A stretch of 64,000 bases of DNA from Caulobacterales bacterium (GCA_038226475.1 JBBRQK010000011.1:41727-105726), one strand, 5' to 3'; counted from the first letter of the stretch, positions 39,963-52,057 are shown. Notes: generated by a model from the sequence alone, not told the origin. A program made the numbers and translations.

Positions 39963-42362
39963 ATGTCCGACCCCAAATGCCTGCCCGTCCTGCCGCTTCG
40001 CGACATCGTCGTCTTTCCGCACATGGTGGTGCCGCTGTTCGTGGGCCGTGAGAAATCCGTGCGCGCGCTCGAAGAGGTGATGAAGAGTGACAAGCAGATC
40101 CTGCTTGTGACACAGAAGGATCGCGACCAGGACGATCCCGCGCCGGAAGACATTTTCGAGATCGGCGTGCTGGCCAGCGTCCTGCAACTGCTCAAGCTGC
40201 CGGATGGTACGGTCAAGGTGCTGGTCGAAGGCCGCTCGCGCGCCGCGGTGCTGAAGTTCACCCCGCGCGAGGCGTTCTACGAGGCCGAGATCGCCCCGAT
40301 CGTGGAAGAAGGCGGGGCCGCCCACGAGGCCGAGGCGCTGTCGCGCGCGGTGATCGAGCAGTTCGAGAACTACACCAAACTGAACAAGAAGGTGCCGCCC
40401 GAGGCCCTGGCCGCGATCCCCCAGATCACCGAGCCCGGCCGCCTGGCCGACAACATCGCCGCCCATCTGGCGGTTAAGATCTCCGATCGCCAGCAACTGC
40501 TGGAAATCTTCAACGTCGGCAAGCGACTGGAGAAGGTGTTTGCCCTCATGGAGGGCGAGATCAGCGTGCTGCAGGTGGAAAAGAAGATCCGTAGCCGCGT
40601 CAAGCGTCAGATGGAGAAGACCCAGCGCGAATACTATCTGAACGAGCAGATGAAGGCGATCCAGCGTGAGCTGGGTGAGCAGGACGACGCCCGCGACGAA
40701 CTGATCGAGCTGGAAAAGCGCATCAAGAAGACCAAGCTCTCGAAAGAGGCGCGGACCAAGGCCGAGAGCGAGCTGAAGAAGCTGCGCAACATGAGCCCGA
40801 TGTCGGCCGAATCCACCGTCGTGCGCAACTATCTCGACTGGCTGCTGTCGATCCCGTGGGGCAAGAGCAAGGCCAAGCCAATCGATCTGGCCCTGGCGGA
40901 GAAGATCCTCGAGGACGACCACTACGGCTTGGAAAAGGTCAAGGAGCGCATCCTCGAATACCTCGCCGTGCAGGCGCGCACCGGCACGCTCAAAGGCCCG
41001 ATCCTCTGCCTCGTGGGCCCCCCTGGCGTCGGCAAGACCTCGCTGGGCCGTTCGATCGCCAAGGCGACGGGGCGTGAGTTCGTGCGTCTCAGCCTGGGCG
41101 GCGTGCGAGACGAGGCCGAGATCCGCGGTCACCGGCGGACCTACATCGGCTCCATGCCCGGCAAGATCGTGCAGTCGATGAAGAAGGCCAAGACGACCAA
41201 CACGTTCTTCCTGCTCGACGAGATCGAGAAGATGGGCGCCGACTGGCGCGGCGATCCTTCGAGCGCCTTGCTGGAGGTGCTCGATCCCGAACAGAACTCC
41301 ACGTTCAACGACCACTATCTGGAGGTGGACTACGATCTCTCCAACGTGATGTTCGTGACCACCGCCAACTCGCTCAACATGCCCCAGCCCCTGCTGGACC
41401 GCATGGAGATCATCCGCATCCCGGGCTACACAGAAGACGAGAAGGTGGAGATCGCCAAGCGCCACCTCCTGCCCAAGCTCGCCAAGGATCACGGCCTGAA
41501 GGAAGGCGAGTGGATGGTCCCGGAGCAGGCGATACGTGATCTCATCCGCTACTACACGCGCGAGGCCGGGGTCCGCTCGCTGGAGCGGGAGCTGGGGAAT
41601 CTGGCTCGCAAGGCGGTTCGCGACATGGCCCGCGAGCAGGTGCTGGCCATCACCATCGACGACGAACGCCTGGGCCGATACGCCGGCGTGCGCCGCTTCC
41701 ACCACGGGGCCACCGATGAGGAAGATCAGGTCGGCATCGTGACGGGTCTCGCCTGGACCGAGTTCGGCGGCGACATCCTGACCATCGAGGCGGTCAAGAT
41801 GCCCGGTAAGGGCCGGATGTCGATCACCGGCAATCTGAAGGAGGTGATGAAGGAATCAGTCGCCGCCGCGGCATCCTACGTCCGCTCGCGGGCGACCCGC
41901 TTCGGCGTCAAGCCCAGCGCCTTCGACAAGACAGACGTGCACCTGCATGTGCCGGAGGGCGCCACGCCCAAGGACGGCCCGTCCGCCGGCGTCGCCATGT
42001 CGGTGGCCATCGTCTCGGTGCTCACCGGCATTCCGATCCGCAAGGATCTGGCCATGACCGGCGAGATCACCCTGCGAGGCCGGGTGTTGCCGATCGGCGG
42101 GCTGAAGGAGAAGCTCCTCGCAGCCCTCCGCTCGGGCATCAAGACGGTGCTGATCCCGGCCGAGAACGCCAAGGATCTCGCCGAGGTGCCGGAAAACGTG
42201 AAGTCCGGGCTGGAGATCATCCCCGTCGCCACCGTCGACGAGGTGCTGGCCCTGGCTCTCACAGGACCCCTGACGCCGATCGAGTGGCGCGAGGAAGACG
42301 AGGCGCCGGCTTTGCCCGCAACGACCGATTCCCTCGAAGGCGGGTTGATGATCACCCACTGA
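39963..42362 (+). CDS. lon: Lon protease
   Basis: [35 protein letters not shown] catalytic Ser, IGGLKEK. Confidence 0.99.
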   Translation: MSDPKCLPVLPLRDIVVFPHMVVPLFVGREKSVRALEEVMKSDKQILLVTQKDRDQDDPAPEDIFEIGVLASVLQLLKLPDGTVKVLVEGRSRAAVLKFTPREAFYEAEIAPIVEEGGAAHEAEALSRAVIEQFENYTKLNKKVPPEALAAIPQITEPGRLADNIAAHLAVKISDRQQLLEIFNVGKRLEKVFALMEGEISVLQVEKKIRSRVKRQMEKTQREYYLNEQMKAIQRELGEQDDARDELIELEKRIKKTKLSKEARTKAESELKKLRNMSPMSAESTVVRNYLDWLLSIPWGKSKAKPIDLALAEKILEDDHYGLEKVKERILEYLAVQARTGTLKGPILCLVGPPGVGKTSLGRSIAKATGREFVRLSLGGVRDEAEIRGHRRTYIGSMPGKIVQSMKKAKTTNTFFLLDEIEKMGADWRGDPSSALLEVLDPEQNSTFNDHYLEVDYDLSNVMFVTTANSLNMPQPLLDRMEIIRIPGYTEDEKVEIAKRHLLPKLAKDHGLKEGEWMVPEQAIRDLIRYYTREAGVRSLERELGNLARKAVRDMAREQVLAITIDDERLGRYAGVRRFHHGATDEEDQVGIVTGLAWTEFGGDILTIEAVKMPGKGRMSITGNLKEVMKESVAAAASYVRSRATRFGVKPSAFDKTDVHLHVPEGATPKDGPSAGVAMSVAIVSVLTGIPIRKDLAMTGEITLRGRVLPIGGLKEKLLAALRSGIKTVLIPAENAKDLAEVPENVKSGLEIIPVATVDEVLALALTGPLTPIEWREEDEAPALPATTDSLEGGLMITH

Positions 42363-42384
42363 TCAAGGTTATCGTGATTAACTT

Positions 42385-42419
42385 GAGCGGCGCGGAGCCA
42401 TTCCGCGCCGCTCTTGTTT
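42385..42419 (+). terminator. Intrinsic terminator after lon
   Basis: GAGCGGCGCGGA-GCCAT-TCCGCGCCGCTC-TTGTTT, 12-bp perfect stem. Confidence 0.75.
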
Positions 42420-42445
42420 GACGCGGGCCACGGAGCGGCCATAAT
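42418..42445 (+). promoter_or_regulatory. Sigma70 promoter for hup
   Basis: TTGACG-N16-CATAAT. Confidence 0.7.
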
Positions 42446-42505
42446 TCCCGCAACGCAGAGCGGCGCCAGACCAATGACGCCGCCGCCGTTGGGGAGACGA
42501 CGCAT

Positions 42506-42778
42506 ATGACCAAGGCTGAACTCGTGGCCGCTATTGCGCGGGACACCGGACTTCAAAAGGCCCAGGCGAAGCACGCTGTGAACGCGTTCTGCGCTTCTGT
42601 CACCGACCAGCTCAAGGCCGGCAAGGAGGTGCGCCTGGTGGGTTTTGGCAGCTTCGTTCCGGTGGAGCGCGCCGCTCGCCTGGGGCGCAATCCCAAGACC
42701 GGTGCCCCGGTCTCCAGCCCCGCCGTCCGCACCGCCAGGTTCAAGATCGGCGAGAGTCTGAAGGGCGCGCTGAACTAG
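42506..42778 (+). CDS. hup: HU family DNA-binding protein
   Basis: MTKAELV, VRLVGFGSF, GRNPKTG, FKIGESLK; follows lon. Confidence 0.95.
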   Translation: MTKAELVAAIARDTGLQKAQAKHAVNAFCASVTDQLKAGKEVRLVGFGSFVPVERAARLGRNPKTGAPVSSPAVRTARFKIGESLKGALN

Positions 42779-42800
42779 GGCCGCGAACGTTTAGAGCCGA

Positions 42801-42877
42801 GGGCGGCTAGCTCAGCTGGTCAGAGCGCCTGGTTTACACCCAGGAGGTCGGGGGTTCGAACCCCTCGCCGCCCACCA
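42801..42877 (+). tRNA. tRNA-Val(TAC)
   Basis: Acceptor GGGCGGC/GCCGCCC, anticodon arm CCTGG-TTTACAC-CCAGG, GGTTCGAACCC, CCA. Confidence 0.97.
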
Positions 42878-42918
42878 CCGGGATAAGGCGCGACGCCACG
42901 CCGACGAGCCCGCCTTGC

Positions 42919-43284
42919 TCAAAAAATAACCGACTCTTCGCCCCACCAGAGAGGCGAACGCTCCAGGTCGATGAACGTGCGCTCGTCCTCAAGCAGCATG
43001 CGCCCCGCCTCGACGGCCTTCGGTTCGGTGATGGCGGCGGTCATATCGTCGAGGTTGTCCCACCACAGCTGCGCCACGCCATCGAAGTCCTGCGGCGCAT
43101 GGCGCGAGGCGCGGATCGGCTCGGATATGTCGGCCGGCAGGCTGTGCAACTGCACATAGCGGCGGATACGTAGAACCTCCCGCACGCTCGCCACGAGCGG
43201 GGCGTGCTGCTCTCGCCAATAGGTCTGGAACGCGGCGCGCGTCAGTTCCGGCCGCCGCATCAGGGCGAAGGTGAGCTTGAGCAT
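42919..43284 (-). CDS. EthD-domain protein
   Basis: RRPELTRAAFQTYWREQHAPL, RRYVQ, FDGVAQLWW, DERTFID. Confidence 0.85.
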   Translation of the reverse strand: MLKLTFALMRRPELTRAAFQTYWREQHAPLVASVREVLRIRRYVQLHSLPADISEPIRASRHAPQDFDGVAQLWWDNLDDMTAAITEPKAVEAGRMLLEDERTFIDLERSPLWWGEESVIF

Positions 43285-43411
43285 GACGTGTCCTCCCGCA
43301 GCCGATGGACGCGCGCGCGCCTCCAGCGCACTCTAGCCCAAGGCCCTCGCTTGCCGAGCGCCTTTCCTGTGCGCGTGTTTGGCTTAGAATGACGCGAAAC
43401 AGGAGGACGCG

Positions 43412-44146
43412 ATGGATCGATTGCAGGGGAGGGCGGCCATCGTCACGGGAGCGGCGTCCGGCATCGGCCGGGCCAGCGCCGAGCTGTTCGCCGCCGAGGG
43501 TGCGCGCGTATTGGCCGTGGATCGTCCCGGGTCGGATCTTTCGTTCGCCGACGCCGGGATCCAGACGCTGGAGCAGGATCTGGTAGCCGACGACGCGCCC
43601 GCCGTCATCCTCGGCCGGGCGATCCAGGCCTTCGGCGGCCTCGACATCCTGTTCAACAACGCTGGCGTCAGCAACTCGACGCTCACGGCGGAGATGACCG
43701 ACGAGGCCTGGGATCAGGTCCAGTCGGTCAATATTCGCGCTGTCTTCCGCCTGTGTCGCGAGGCGATACCCCACCTTGTCGCTTCCGCGCATGGGCGCAT
43801 CGTCAACACCGCCAGCGTGATGGCCAACCAGACCGACTATGGCCTCTCCGCCTACTGCGCCTCCAAGGCCGGCGTGGTGGGCCTGACCCGCACTCTGGCG
43901 CTGGAACTCGGCAAGCACGGCGTCACAGCCAATGCGGTGCTGCCAGGCGCCATCCTGACCGGCATGACCAGGCGAAACTTCGCCGATCCCCATATCGCCG
44001 GCGTCTGGGCCAAGAAGTCGGTGCTGCGCCGGCTGGGAGAGCCGCTCGACGTGGCCCGCGTCGCGCTGTTCCTGGCTTCCGACGACGCGGCCTTCGTCAC
44101 CGGCCAGGCCATAGCCGCCGACGGGGGCCTGACCCTGCGCACTTGA
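43412..44146 (+). CDS. SDR family oxidoreductase
   Basis: TGAASGIG, NNAG, YCASK, FVTGQ.I..DGG. Confidence 0.92.
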   Translation: MDRLQGRAAIVTGAASGIGRASAELFAAEGARVLAVDRPGSDLSFADAGIQTLEQDLVADDAPAVILGRAIQAFGGLDILFNNAGVSNSTLTAEMTDEAWDQVQSVNIRAVFRLCREAIPHLVASAHGRIVNTASVMANQTDYGLSAYCASKAGVVGLTRTLALELGKHGVTANAVLPGAILTGMTRRNFADPHIAGVWAKKSVLRRLGEPLDVARVALFLASDDAAFVTGQAIAADGGLTLRT

Positions 44147-44188
44147 AGGCGGGTCCCGCGCCGCGCGACAATAGCCGAATCGGGATGG

Positions 44189-45412
44189 GTGGAGCAGGAC
44201 GAAAACGTGTTTGGCGTCATCGAGGAGCGGGCCGCCGCGCCGGGAGCGCGCGAGACCAGAGGCGCGGGCGATTCCCGTGCCCGGCTGGTCGACACCACCA
44301 TGCTCTATGCGCCTCGCTCGGGCGGCGTGAAACGCTATCTCACCGCCAAGCGAGCCTGGCTCGCCGAGCGTCGGCCCGGCGTGCGCCACACCCTGGTGGT
44401 GCCGGGCGATCGCCACGGTTACGATGGCGCGGGCCGGCTTTCGATCTACGCGGCGCCGCTGCCGTTCGCCGACGGCTATCGCTGGCCGGCCAGCCGGATG
44501 GCCTGGATGCGCCGCCTGCTGCGCCAGCGCCCCGACCTGATCGAGGCCGGCGATCCCTATACTCCGGGCCTCGCGGCCCTGAAGGCCGGCGAGGCGCTCG
44601 GCATTCCGGTGATCGGATTCTGTCATACCGATCTGGGGGCGCTGGCCGCCTTGCATATCGGCGAATGGGCCGAGGGGCCCGTGCGCCGCCACTGGGGCGA
44701 GATCTATCGGCGCTTCGATCGTGTCGTGGCTCCTAGCCGGTTCATCGCCGAGCGCCTCTCCGACGCCGGCGTCGAACGCCCGCTCGCCCTGCCGCTTGGC
44801 GTCGACACGGACCTGTTCCAGCCGGGCGAGCGCGATGGCGCCGGCTTGCGCCGGCGCCTGGGGCTCGACGACTCACGCCGCCTGCTGGTGTTCGCCGGCC
44901 GGCCCGCGCGGGAAAAACGCGTCGACGTGTTGATCGAGGCGGTCGAGCGGCTAGGTGATCCCTATGTCCTGTTGCTCGTGGGCGCGGCCGGCGGCGCCCA
45001 TGCCTCCAGCCGGGTGATCGAACTTCCCTACGAGCCCGATCCGCGTCGGCTCGCGGCCCTGATGGCCGGCTGCGACGCCTTCGTCCACGCCAACGACGCC
45101 GAGCCGTTCGGCCTGATCGTGCTTGAAGCCATGGCCTGCGGCCTGCCGGTGGTGGGCGTCGCTCACGGTGGCGTCGCCGAGAGCGTCGACGAGGCGGTTG
45201 GCCAACTGGCGAAGGCGTCCACCCCGGACGCCTTCGCCGATGCGGTCGCAGCCCTGTTCGAGCGCGAGGTCGCCGCCGTTGGCCGGGCGGCCCGCCGCCG
45301 GGTGTTGGAGCGGCACGGGTGGGAGCCGGTGTTCGAGACGCTTTGCGGGGTCTACGGCGAGCTCACCGGCGCCCCCGCCTTCAACGCCGTGCCGGCCTGG
45401 ATCGCCGCGTGA
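44189..45412 (+). CDS. Glycosyltransferase (GT4-like)
   Basis: YAPRSGGVKRY, FAGRPAREKR, EPFGLIVLEAMACGLPVV. Confidence 0.88.
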   Translation: MEQDENVFGVIEERAAAPGARETRGAGDSRARLVDTTMLYAPRSGGVKRYLTAKRAWLAERRPGVRHTLVVPGDRHGYDGAGRLSIYAAPLPFADGYRWPASRMAWMRRLLRQRPDLIEAGDPYTPGLAALKAGEALGIPVIGFCHTDLGALAALHIGEWAEGPVRRHWGEIYRRFDRVVAPSRFIAERLSDAGVERPLALPLGVDTDLFQPGERDGAGLRRRLGLDDSRRLLVFAGRPAREKRVDVLIEAVERLGDPYVLLLVGAAGGAHASSRVIELPYEPDPRRLAALMAGCDAFVHANDAEPFGLIVLEAMACGLPVVGVAHGGVAESVDEAVGQLAKASTPDAFADAVAALFEREVAAVGRAARRRVLERHGWEPVFETLCGVYGELTGAPAFNAVPAWIAA

Positions 45413-46308
45413 CCGGCTGGTGGCCACGGCTTGCCGGCGCCCTGACTCTGGCGGCGGCCGTCGGCGCCCATGCCGCCATGCCGGCTCCCAGCCTCGCCCA
45501 GATCCTCGCCGCCTCGCCGGCCGCCGACTGGCGGTCGCTCGATCCGGCGCTGACCCTCTACCTGGACCTTGCCCAGGGCCAGGTGATCATCGAGCTCTCC
45601 CCCCGCTTCGCTCCCGCTCATGTGGCGAACATTCGCGCCCTGGCGCGCGCGGGCTATTTCGACGGCCTCGCGGTCGTACGGGTGCAAGACAACTATGTGG
45701 TTCAGTGGGCCGATCCGGACGGCAAGAAGCCCTTGGGCGCGGCGCGCCGCAGCCTGAAGGCCGAATTCACCCGACCGTTCGATGCCGACGTCCCGTTCGA
45801 TGCCCTGCCGGACGCGGACACCTATGCGCCGGCGGTCGGCTTCACCGACGGATTCCCCGCCGCGCGCGATCCCGCGCTCGGCCGGACCTGGCTCACGCAC
45901 TGCTATGGCATGGTCGGCGCCGGCCGCGATCTCGACGCCGATTCCGGCAGCGGAATCGAACTGTATGCCGTGATCGGCCAAGCGCCGCGCCAGTTGGACC
46001 GCAACGTCACTCTCGTGGGTCGGGTGGTGGAGGGGATGGACATCCTCGCCGCCCTGCCGCGTGGTCACGGGGACCTCGGCTTCTACCAGACACTGGCCGA
46101 ACGCATCCCGATCCGGTCGATGAAGCTCGCCGCCGATCTACCGGCGGCCGGGCGCGCCCCGCTCCAGGCATTGCGCACCGACAGCCCCACGTTTGCCGCC
46201 TTGGTGCAAAACCGGCGTTTTCGGCAGGATGCGTGGTACAAGACCCCGGCTGGTCACATCGATGTGTGCAACGTGCCGCTGCCGGTCCGGATGGCGCCCG
46301 CCCGATAA
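45409..46308 (+). CDS. Secreted cyclophilin-type peptidylprolyl isomerase
   Basis: Signal peptide; [52 protein letters not shown]; GTGA overlap. Confidence 0.85.
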   Translation: MTGWWPRLAGALTLAAAVGAHAAMPAPSLAQILAASPAADWRSLDPALTLYLDLAQGQVIIELSPRFAPAHVANIRALARAGYFDGLAVVRVQDNYVVQWADPDGKKPLGAARRSLKAEFTRPFDADVPFDALPDADTYAPAVGFTDGFPAARDPALGRTWLTHCYGMVGAGRDLDADSGSGIELYAVIGQAPRQLDRNVTLVGRVVEGMDILAALPRGHGDLGFYQTLAERIPIRSMKLAADLPAAGRAPLQALRTDSPTFAALVQNRRFRQDAWYKTPAGHIDVCNVPLPVRMAPAR

Positions 46309-46385
<77 letters not shown>

Positions 46386-46468
46386 GGGATCGGCTCCCAA
46401 AGTGGAACTCCGGGCGCGAGGCTGCGTGTGATAGGTCCGCCGCTCCCGGTCGTCAACCGACCCCGGCG

Positions 46469-46900
46469 ATGAGAGCCCTGACGCGGGGCGACATGGATCA
46501 GGCGGCGCGGGTCCATCGGGCCGCCTTCGACGAACGCCTCCCCTGGCTCGCCGGCCTGCACACGCCGGCTGACGACCTGGCCTATTTTTGTGATGTGGTG
46601 TTTGCCGCCTGCGCCGTGTGGGGCGCGTTCGAGGGCGCGGAATGGACCGGCTTCATCGCCTTCCGCGAGGGGTGGATCGACCAGCTCTATGTCCTGCCGC
46701 GCGCTCAGGGCGCGGGCGTCGGCCGCTCGCTTCTGGACTTGGCGAAGGCGAGCTCCGGTGATCTTTCGCTCTGGACGTTCCAGCGCAACGCCGCCGCCCG
46801 CCGCTTCTACGAGCGCAATGGCTTTACAGAAGTCCGCCTCACGGATGGGGCGGGCAACATGGAGCGTGAGCCAGACGTTCTCTACCGCTGGCGCGCTTGA
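46469..46900 (+). CDS. GNAT family N-acetyltransferase
   Basis: IDQLYVLPRAQGAGVGRSLL, LWTFQRNAAARRFYERNGF, NMEREPD. Confidence 0.88.
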   Translation: MRALTRGDMDQAARVHRAAFDERLPWLAGLHTPADDLAYFCDVVFAACAVWGAFEGAEWTGFIAFREGWIDQLYVLPRAQGAGVGRSLLDLAKASSGDLSLWTFQRNAAARRFYERNGFTEVRLTDGAGNMEREPDVLYRWRA

Positions 46901-46978
46901 GAGCCGACCGCGTCCTGGGCGCAATTCAGCAGAAAATGGGCGCCTGATCGATCACGCTGGTCAAGGGGCCGTGGCCGT

Positions 46979-47007
46979 TTGAACCCCCGACCCCGTTGGT
47001 CTAGAAC
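46979..47007 (+). promoter_or_regulatory. Putative nuo operon promoter, likely leaderless nuoA
   Basis: TTGAAC-N15-TCTAGAAC (Caulobacter-like -10), 7 nt before ATG 47015, no SD. Confidence 0.45.
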
Positions 47008-47014
47008 GCCGCGA

Positions 47015-47392
47015 ATGGACGCCTTCCTTCTCCAGTACCTGCCGATCGTGATTTTCTTCGGCATCGCCGCGGCCCTAGGTTCGGCATTCATCCTGGCGGC
47101 GGCTCTGATCGCGCCCAGTTCGCCCGACGCGGAAAAGACGTCCAGCTACGAGTGCGGGTTCAACGCCTTCGACGATGCGCGAATGAAGTTCGACGTGCGC
47201 TTCTACCTCGTCTCGATCCTGTTCATCATCTTCGATCTTGAGGTGGCGTTCATGTTTCCGTGGGCCGCGACCCTCATGAAGCTGCCGCACGCTACCGGCG
47301 AATTCGCCTTCTGGAGCATGATGAGTTTCCTTTTCATCCTCACCGTGGGGTTCGTCTACGAATGGAAGAAGGGCGCTCTCGAGTGGGAGTAG
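47015..47392 (+). CDS. nuoA: NADH-quinone oxidoreductase subunit A
   Basis: [30 protein letters not shown]. Confidence 0.97.
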   Translation: MDAFLLQYLPIVIFFGIAAALGSAFILAAALIAPSSPDAEKTSSYECGFNAFDDARMKFDVRFYLVSILFIIFDLEVAFMFPWAATLMKLPHATGEFAFWSMMSFLFILTVGFVYEWKKGALEWE

Positions 47393-47955
47393 TGGCCACT
47401 CCCAGACCCGCGGCGCTCGTCGCCGGCCGGACCGCCGTCGAAGGCTACGAACCTCGCGCGCACGATCCCTATTTCGACGGCGTCTCGGCTCAACTGGCGG
47501 ACAAGGGCTTCGTCGTCGCCGCGGTGGACGACCTGATCACCTGGGCCCGCACGGGGTCCTTGATGTGGATGTCGTTCGGCCTGGCGTGCTGCGCGGTCGA
47601 GATGATGCAGGCCTCCATGCCACGCTACGATCTGGAGCGGTTCGGCGCCGCGCCGCGCGGCAGTCCGCGCCAGTCGGACGTGATGATCGTCGCCGGCACG
47701 CTCACCAACAAGATGGCCCCCGCCCTGCGCAAGGTCTACGACCAGATGCCGGAGCCGCGCTATGTAATCTCCATGGGCAGCTGCGCCAACGGCGGCGGCT
47801 ATTACTATTTCAGCTACTCAGTGGTGCGTGGCTGCGATCGAATCGTCCCGGTCGACATATATGTGCCGGGCTGCCCGCCGACGGCGGAGGCGTTGCTCTA
47901 CGGCATTCTGCAGCTGCAGAAGAAGATACGCCGCGTCGGAACCATCGAGCGGTGA
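47383..47955 (+). CDS. nuoB: NADH-quinone oxidoreductase subunit B
   Basis: [32 protein letters not shown]. Confidence 0.97.
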   Translation: MGVVATPRPAALVAGRTAVEGYEPRAHDPYFDGVSAQLADKGFVVAAVDDLITWARTGSLMWMSFGLACCAVEMMQASMPRYDLERFGAAPRGSPRQSDVMIVAGTLTNKMAPALRKVYDQMPEPRYVISMGSCANGGGYYYFSYSVVRGCDRIVPVDIYVPGCPPTAEALLYGILQLQKKIRRVGTIER

Positions 47956-47965
47956 GGCGGGCGCG

Positions 47966-48613
47966 GTGACCTGGCCCTTGACCGCTGACGCCCTGACCGC
48001 GCTCGGCGAGCGCATTGTCGCCGACAGCGCCGGAGCGGTCGCGGATTTCGTGGTCGTCCACGGTGAGCTCACCTTGCACGCCCCGGCCCACCGGATCGTC
48101 GATGTGCTGACCCTGCTCCGCGATAGTCCGGCTTTCGACTTCCACCAGCTGATCGATGTTTGCGGGGCCGACTATCCCCAGCGGCCGCTGCGCTTCGATG
48201 TGGTCTATCACCTGCTGTCGATGACCCGGAACCACCGGGTGCGGGTCAAGGTGCGCACCGACGAGGACACCGCCGTTCCCTCTGTCGTCGGCGTATTTGC
48301 CTGCGCCGACTGGTTCGAACGCGAAGCGTTCGACATGTACGGCATATATTTTTCCGGTCACCCCGATCTTCGCCGCTTGCTGACTGATTACGGGTTTCAG
48401 GGCCATCCGTTGCGCAAGGACTTCCCCATGACCGGCTATGTGGAGGTGCGTTACGACGACGAGCTCAAACGGGTCGTCTATGAGCCGGTCAAGTCGGTCG
48501 AGTTCCGTGATTGGGACTTCCTTTCGCCCTGGGAGGGCGCTGAATACGCCAAACCTGGCGAGGGCTATCGCTACCAGCTGCCCGGCGACGAAAAGGCGGA
48601 GAAGGCCCCGTGA
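47966..48613 (+). CDS. nuoC: NADH-quinone oxidoreductase subunit C
   Basis: [35 protein letters not shown]. Confidence 0.96.
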   Translation: MTWPLTADALTALGERIVADSAGAVADFVVVHGELTLHAPAHRIVDVLTLLRDSPAFDFHQLIDVCGADYPQRPLRFDVVYHLLSMTRNHRVRVKVRTDEDTAVPSVVGVFACADWFEREAFDMYGIYFSGHPDLRRLLTDYGFQGHPLRKDFPMTGYVEVRYDDELKRVVYEPVKSVEFRDWDFLSPWEGAEYAKPGEGYRYQLPGDEKAEKAP

Positions 48614-49851
48614 CCGGCGACAATGCCCCGGCCCAGGAACTCGACGCCTTCGGTAGAACGCCGGCGGCGCCGGGCGAGCCGGAGCGGCGGTTCAACATCA
48701 ACTTCGGGCCGCAACATCCCGCGGCCCACGGCGTGTTGCGCCTCGTACTGGAGCTGGACGGCGAGCTGGTCGAGCGGGTGGATCCCCATATCGGCCTCTT
48801 GCACCGGGGCACGGAGAAGCTGATCGAGGCCCGCCCATACACTCAGAACACACCCTATTTCGACCGCCTCGACTATGTCGCTCCCATCAACCAGGAGCAC
48901 GCCTTCGTCATGGCGATCGAGCGCCTGATGGGTCTCGAGGTCCCGCGCCGCGGCCAGATCATCCGCGTGCTGTACTGCGAGATCGGCCGCATCCTCAGCC
49001 ACATTCTCAATGTCACCACCCAGGCGATGGACGTGGGGGCCCTGACCCCACCCTTGTGGGGCTTCGAAGAGCGCGAGAAGCTCATGGTGTTCTATGAGCG
49101 TGCTTCTGGCGCGCGCATGCACGCCAACTATTTCCGACCCGGCGGCGTGCGACAGGATCTGCCGGAGGCTCTGGTCGAGGACATTGACCTCTGGGCCATC
49201 GCTTTTCCCAAGGTGCTGGACGATCTGGGCCGCCTCGTCACCGGCAACCGCATCTTCAAGCAGCGCAATGTGGATATCGGCGTGGTGAGCCGCGAACAGG
49301 CCCTGGCCTGGGGCTTCACCGGCGTGATGCTGCGCGGTTCGGGCGTGGCCTGGGACCTGCGCCGTAGCCAGCCGTACGAGGTCTACGACGAGATGGCGTT
49401 CGAGATCCCGCTCGGCGTGCACGGTGACTGCTACGACCGCTACCTCTGCCGCATGGAGGAGATGCGCCAATCGGTCGGCATCATCCGCCAGTGCGTCGCC
49501 TTGCTGCGGGCCACGCCCGGCCTCGTGCTCACCGATGACCACAAGGTGAGCCCGCCCCGCCGCGGCGAGATGAAGCGCTCGATGGAAGCCCTGATTCACC
49601 ATTTCAAGCTCTACAGCGAGGGCTTCCATGTGCCCGAGGGCGAGGTCTATGCCGCTGTCGAGGCGCCCAAGGGCGAGTTCGGGGTCTATCTGGTCGCCGA
49701 CGGCACCAACAAGCCCTACCGCTGCAAGATCCGCGCACCGGGCTTTCCACATCTGGCGGCGATGGACTGGATGAATCGCGGCCACATGCTGGCCGACGTC
49801 AGCGCCATCCTGGGCTCGCTCGACATCGTCTTTGGCGAAATCGACCGATGA
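48610..49851 (+). CDS. nuoD: NADH-quinone oxidoreductase subunit D
   Basis: [41 protein letters not shown]. Confidence 0.98.
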   Translation: MTGDNAPAQELDAFGRTPAAPGEPERRFNINFGPQHPAAHGVLRLVLELDGELVERVDPHIGLLHRGTEKLIEARPYTQNTPYFDRLDYVAPINQEHAFVMAIERLMGLEVPRRGQIIRVLYCEIGRILSHILNVTTQAMDVGALTPPLWGFEEREKLMVFYERASGARMHANYFRPGGVRQDLPEALVEDIDLWAIAFPKVLDDLGRLVTGNRIFKQRNVDIGVVSREQALAWGFTGVMLRGSGVAWDLRRSQPYEVYDEMAFEIPLGVHGDCYDRYLCRMEEMRQSVGIIRQCVALLRATPGLVLTDDHKVSPPRRGEMKRSMEALIHHFKLYSEGFHVPEGEVYAAVEAPKGEFGVYLVADGTNKPYRCKIRAPGFPHLAAMDWMNRGHMLADVSAILGSLDIVFGEIDR

Positions 49852-50516
49852 GCGTGCGCCGTCTGGCCAGAGAGCAGCCAGCTTCGTTCGCCTTCGCCGA
49901 CCAGACGCTGGAGAAGGCGGGCTGGTGGATGGAGAAGTTTCCGGAAGGGCGTCGCCAGTCGGCGGTGATTCCTCTGCTGTGGCTGGTGCAGAAGCAGGAG
50001 GGCTGGGTGCCCGAGCCCGCCCTGCGCGTCGTCGCCCAGATGCTCGGCATGCCGGTGATCCGGGTGCTAGAGAACGTCACCTTCTACACCATGTTCCAGT
50101 TGGAGCCGGTGGGCGTCGTGGCTCACGTCGGCTTGTGCGGCACCACGCCGTGCATGCTTCGCGGCGCCCATGACCTCAGACGCGTTCTGGAGGCGCGCAT
50201 CGGCCCGCGCGACCACCGCTCGGCCGACGGCCGCTTCTCCTGGGAGGAGGTCGAATGCATGGGGGCCTGCGTCAACGCCCCGATGGTGGCGATCAATGAC
50301 TACTACTACGAGGATCTGACGCCCGAGACCCTGAGCGCCCTGCTGGACGAATTCGCCGCCGGGCGTTCACCGGCGCCGGGCTCCGCCATCGGGCGGCAGG
50401 GCTGCGCCCCCGAGGGCGGTCCGCTGACCCTGACCGATCCGGCCCTCTTCGACGGCTCCCGCGCCCGGCGGATCGACGCCCTGCCGGGCGTCCCCGTTAG
50501 GGAGCCCGTGGCATGA
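49848..50516 (+). CDS. nuoE: NADH-quinone oxidoreductase subunit E
   Basis: [26 protein letters not shown]. Confidence 0.96.
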   Translation: MSVRRLAREQPASFAFADQTLEKAGWWMEKFPEGRRQSAVIPLLWLVQKQEGWVPEPALRVVAQMLGMPVIRVLENVTFYTMFQLEPVGVVAHVGLCGTTPCMLRGAHDLRRVLEARIGPRDHRSADGRFSWEEVECMGACVNAPMVAINDYYYEDLTPETLSALLDEFAAGRSPAPGSAIGRQGCAPEGGPLTLTDPALFDGSRARRIDALPGVPVREPVA

Positions 50517-50683
50517 TGCGAAACGCCGGTTTCGTCTTCTGCCTCGGGGGCGTGTTGGTGATGGTCGCCGGCCGGTTCATGGCCGGCGCGCCGGTGGCGC
50601 TGGTCTACGTCGGCGTGGCGACGATCGTGTTCGGCTGGGGCCTGCTCTTCCTCTCGACGCGCCGCAGACGGGGCGGGAGCTAG
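50513..50683 (+). CDS. Small two-TM membrane protein (56 aa) between nuoE and nuoF
   Basis: Below the ORF-track cutoff; translated by hand as [56 protein letters not shown]; ATGA overlap with nuoE, stop 3 nt before nuoF. Confidence 0.7.
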   Translation: MMRNAGFVFCLGGVLVMVAGRFMAGAPVALVYVGVATIVFGWGLLFLSTRRRRGGS

Positions 50684-50686
50684 CGC

Positions 50687-52003
50687 ATGGTCGGAATCCT
50701 GCAGGACAAGGATCGCATCTTCACCAATCTCTATGGCCTGCACGACTGGGGGCTGGAAGGCGCACGTACGCGCGGCGTGTGGAACGGGACCGCCGACATG
50801 TTGAGCGTCTCGCCTGAATGGGTGTGCGAGCAGATCAAGGCGGCGGGCCTGCGCGGGCGCGGCGGCGCCGGCTTCGCCACCGGCCTCAAATGGACGTTCA
50901 TGCCCAAGCAGGAGAGCGAGCGGCCGCACTATCTGGTGGTCAACGCCGACGAGTCCGAGCCGGGCACCTGCAAGGATCGTGAGATCCTGCGGTTTGATCC
51001 CCATCGCCTGATCGAGGGCTGTCTGGTCGCGGCCTACGCCATCCGCGCCCACGACTGCTTCATCTACGTGCGCGGCGAATATGTCCGCGAGCGCGAGAAC
51101 TTGGAGGCCGCTCTCAGCCAGGCGACCGAGGCGCGCCTGATCGGCAAGGACAACATCCACGGCTGGGACTGCGACATCCGCGTCACCCACGGGGGCGGCG
51201 CCTATATCTGCGGCGACGAGATGGCCTTGCTGGAGAGCCTCGAGGGCAAGAAGGGCCAGCCGAGGCTGAAGCCGCCGTTCCCCGCCGGGGCCGGTGTCTA
51301 CGGCTGTCCGACCACGGTCAACAATGTCGAATCCATCGCCGTCGCCCCCGAGATCCTGCGTCGCGGGGCAGAGTGGTTCGCGGGCTTCGGGCGACCCAAG
51401 AACACCGGCACCAAGCTGATGAGCGCCTCGGGCCACGTGTTGAAGCCGTGTGTGGTCGAAGAGGCCATGTCGATCCCCATGCGCCAGCTGATCGACGAAC
51501 ATTTCGGCGGCGTGCGCGGCGGCTGGGGAAACCTGAAGGCGGTGATTCCCGGCGGCTCGTCGGTCCGCCTGATCCCGGCCGAAGAGGCCGAAGAGGCGCT
51601 GATGGACTTCGACGATCTGGCGGCGCGAAAGTCCGGTCTCGGAACCGCCGCCATGATCGTCATGGACAAGTCGTGCGATATCGTCGCCGCCATCGCCCGG
51701 CTGTCCTACTTCTACAAGCATGAGAGTTGTGGCCAGTGCACCCCGTGCCGCGAGGGCACCGGCTGGATGTGGCGCATCATGGAGCGGATGGTCACCGGCG
51801 AAGCCGATCCCAAGGAGATCGACATGCTCCTCGACGTCGCCAGCCAGGTCGAGGGTCACACCATCTGCGGTCTTGGCGACGCCGCGGCCTGGCCGATCCA
51901 GGGCCTGTTCCGCCACTTCCGCCCCGAGATCGAGGCGCGCATCGCCGCCTACCGTTCCCGCCGCGCCAATACGCCCGGCGTGACCCTCATCGCAGCGGAA
52001 TAG
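50687..52003 (+). CDS. nuoF: NADH-quinone oxidoreductase subunit F
   Basis: [41 protein letters not shown]. Confidence 0.98.
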   Translation: MVGILQDKDRIFTNLYGLHDWGLEGARTRGVWNGTADMLSVSPEWVCEQIKAAGLRGRGGAGFATGLKWTFMPKQESERPHYLVVNADESEPGTCKDREILRFDPHRLIEGCLVAAYAIRAHDCFIYVRGEYVRERENLEAALSQATEARLIGKDNIHGWDCDIRVTHGGGAYICGDEMALLESLEGKKGQPRLKPPFPAGAGVYGCPTTVNNVESIAVAPEILRRGAEWFAGFGRPKNTGTKLMSASGHVLKPCVVEEAMSIPMRQLIDEHFGGVRGGWGNLKAVIPGGSSVRLIPAEEAEEALMDFDDLAARKSGLGTAAMIVMDKSCDIVAAIARLSYFYKHESCGQCTPCREGTGWMWRIMERMVTGEADPKEIDMLLDVASQVEGHTICGLGDAAAWPIQGLFRHFRPEIEARIAAYRSRRANTPGVTLIAAE

Positions 52004-52057
52004 AGACCTTCGCGAACGAGTTGGCGCGCCCAACGCTTTGGGCCTTGCGCTGCATGA

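Noticed and set aside
42367-42382. TTAAC upstream of hup as a CtrA site
   Set aside because: Half-site only; no TTAA-N7-TTAA on either strand.
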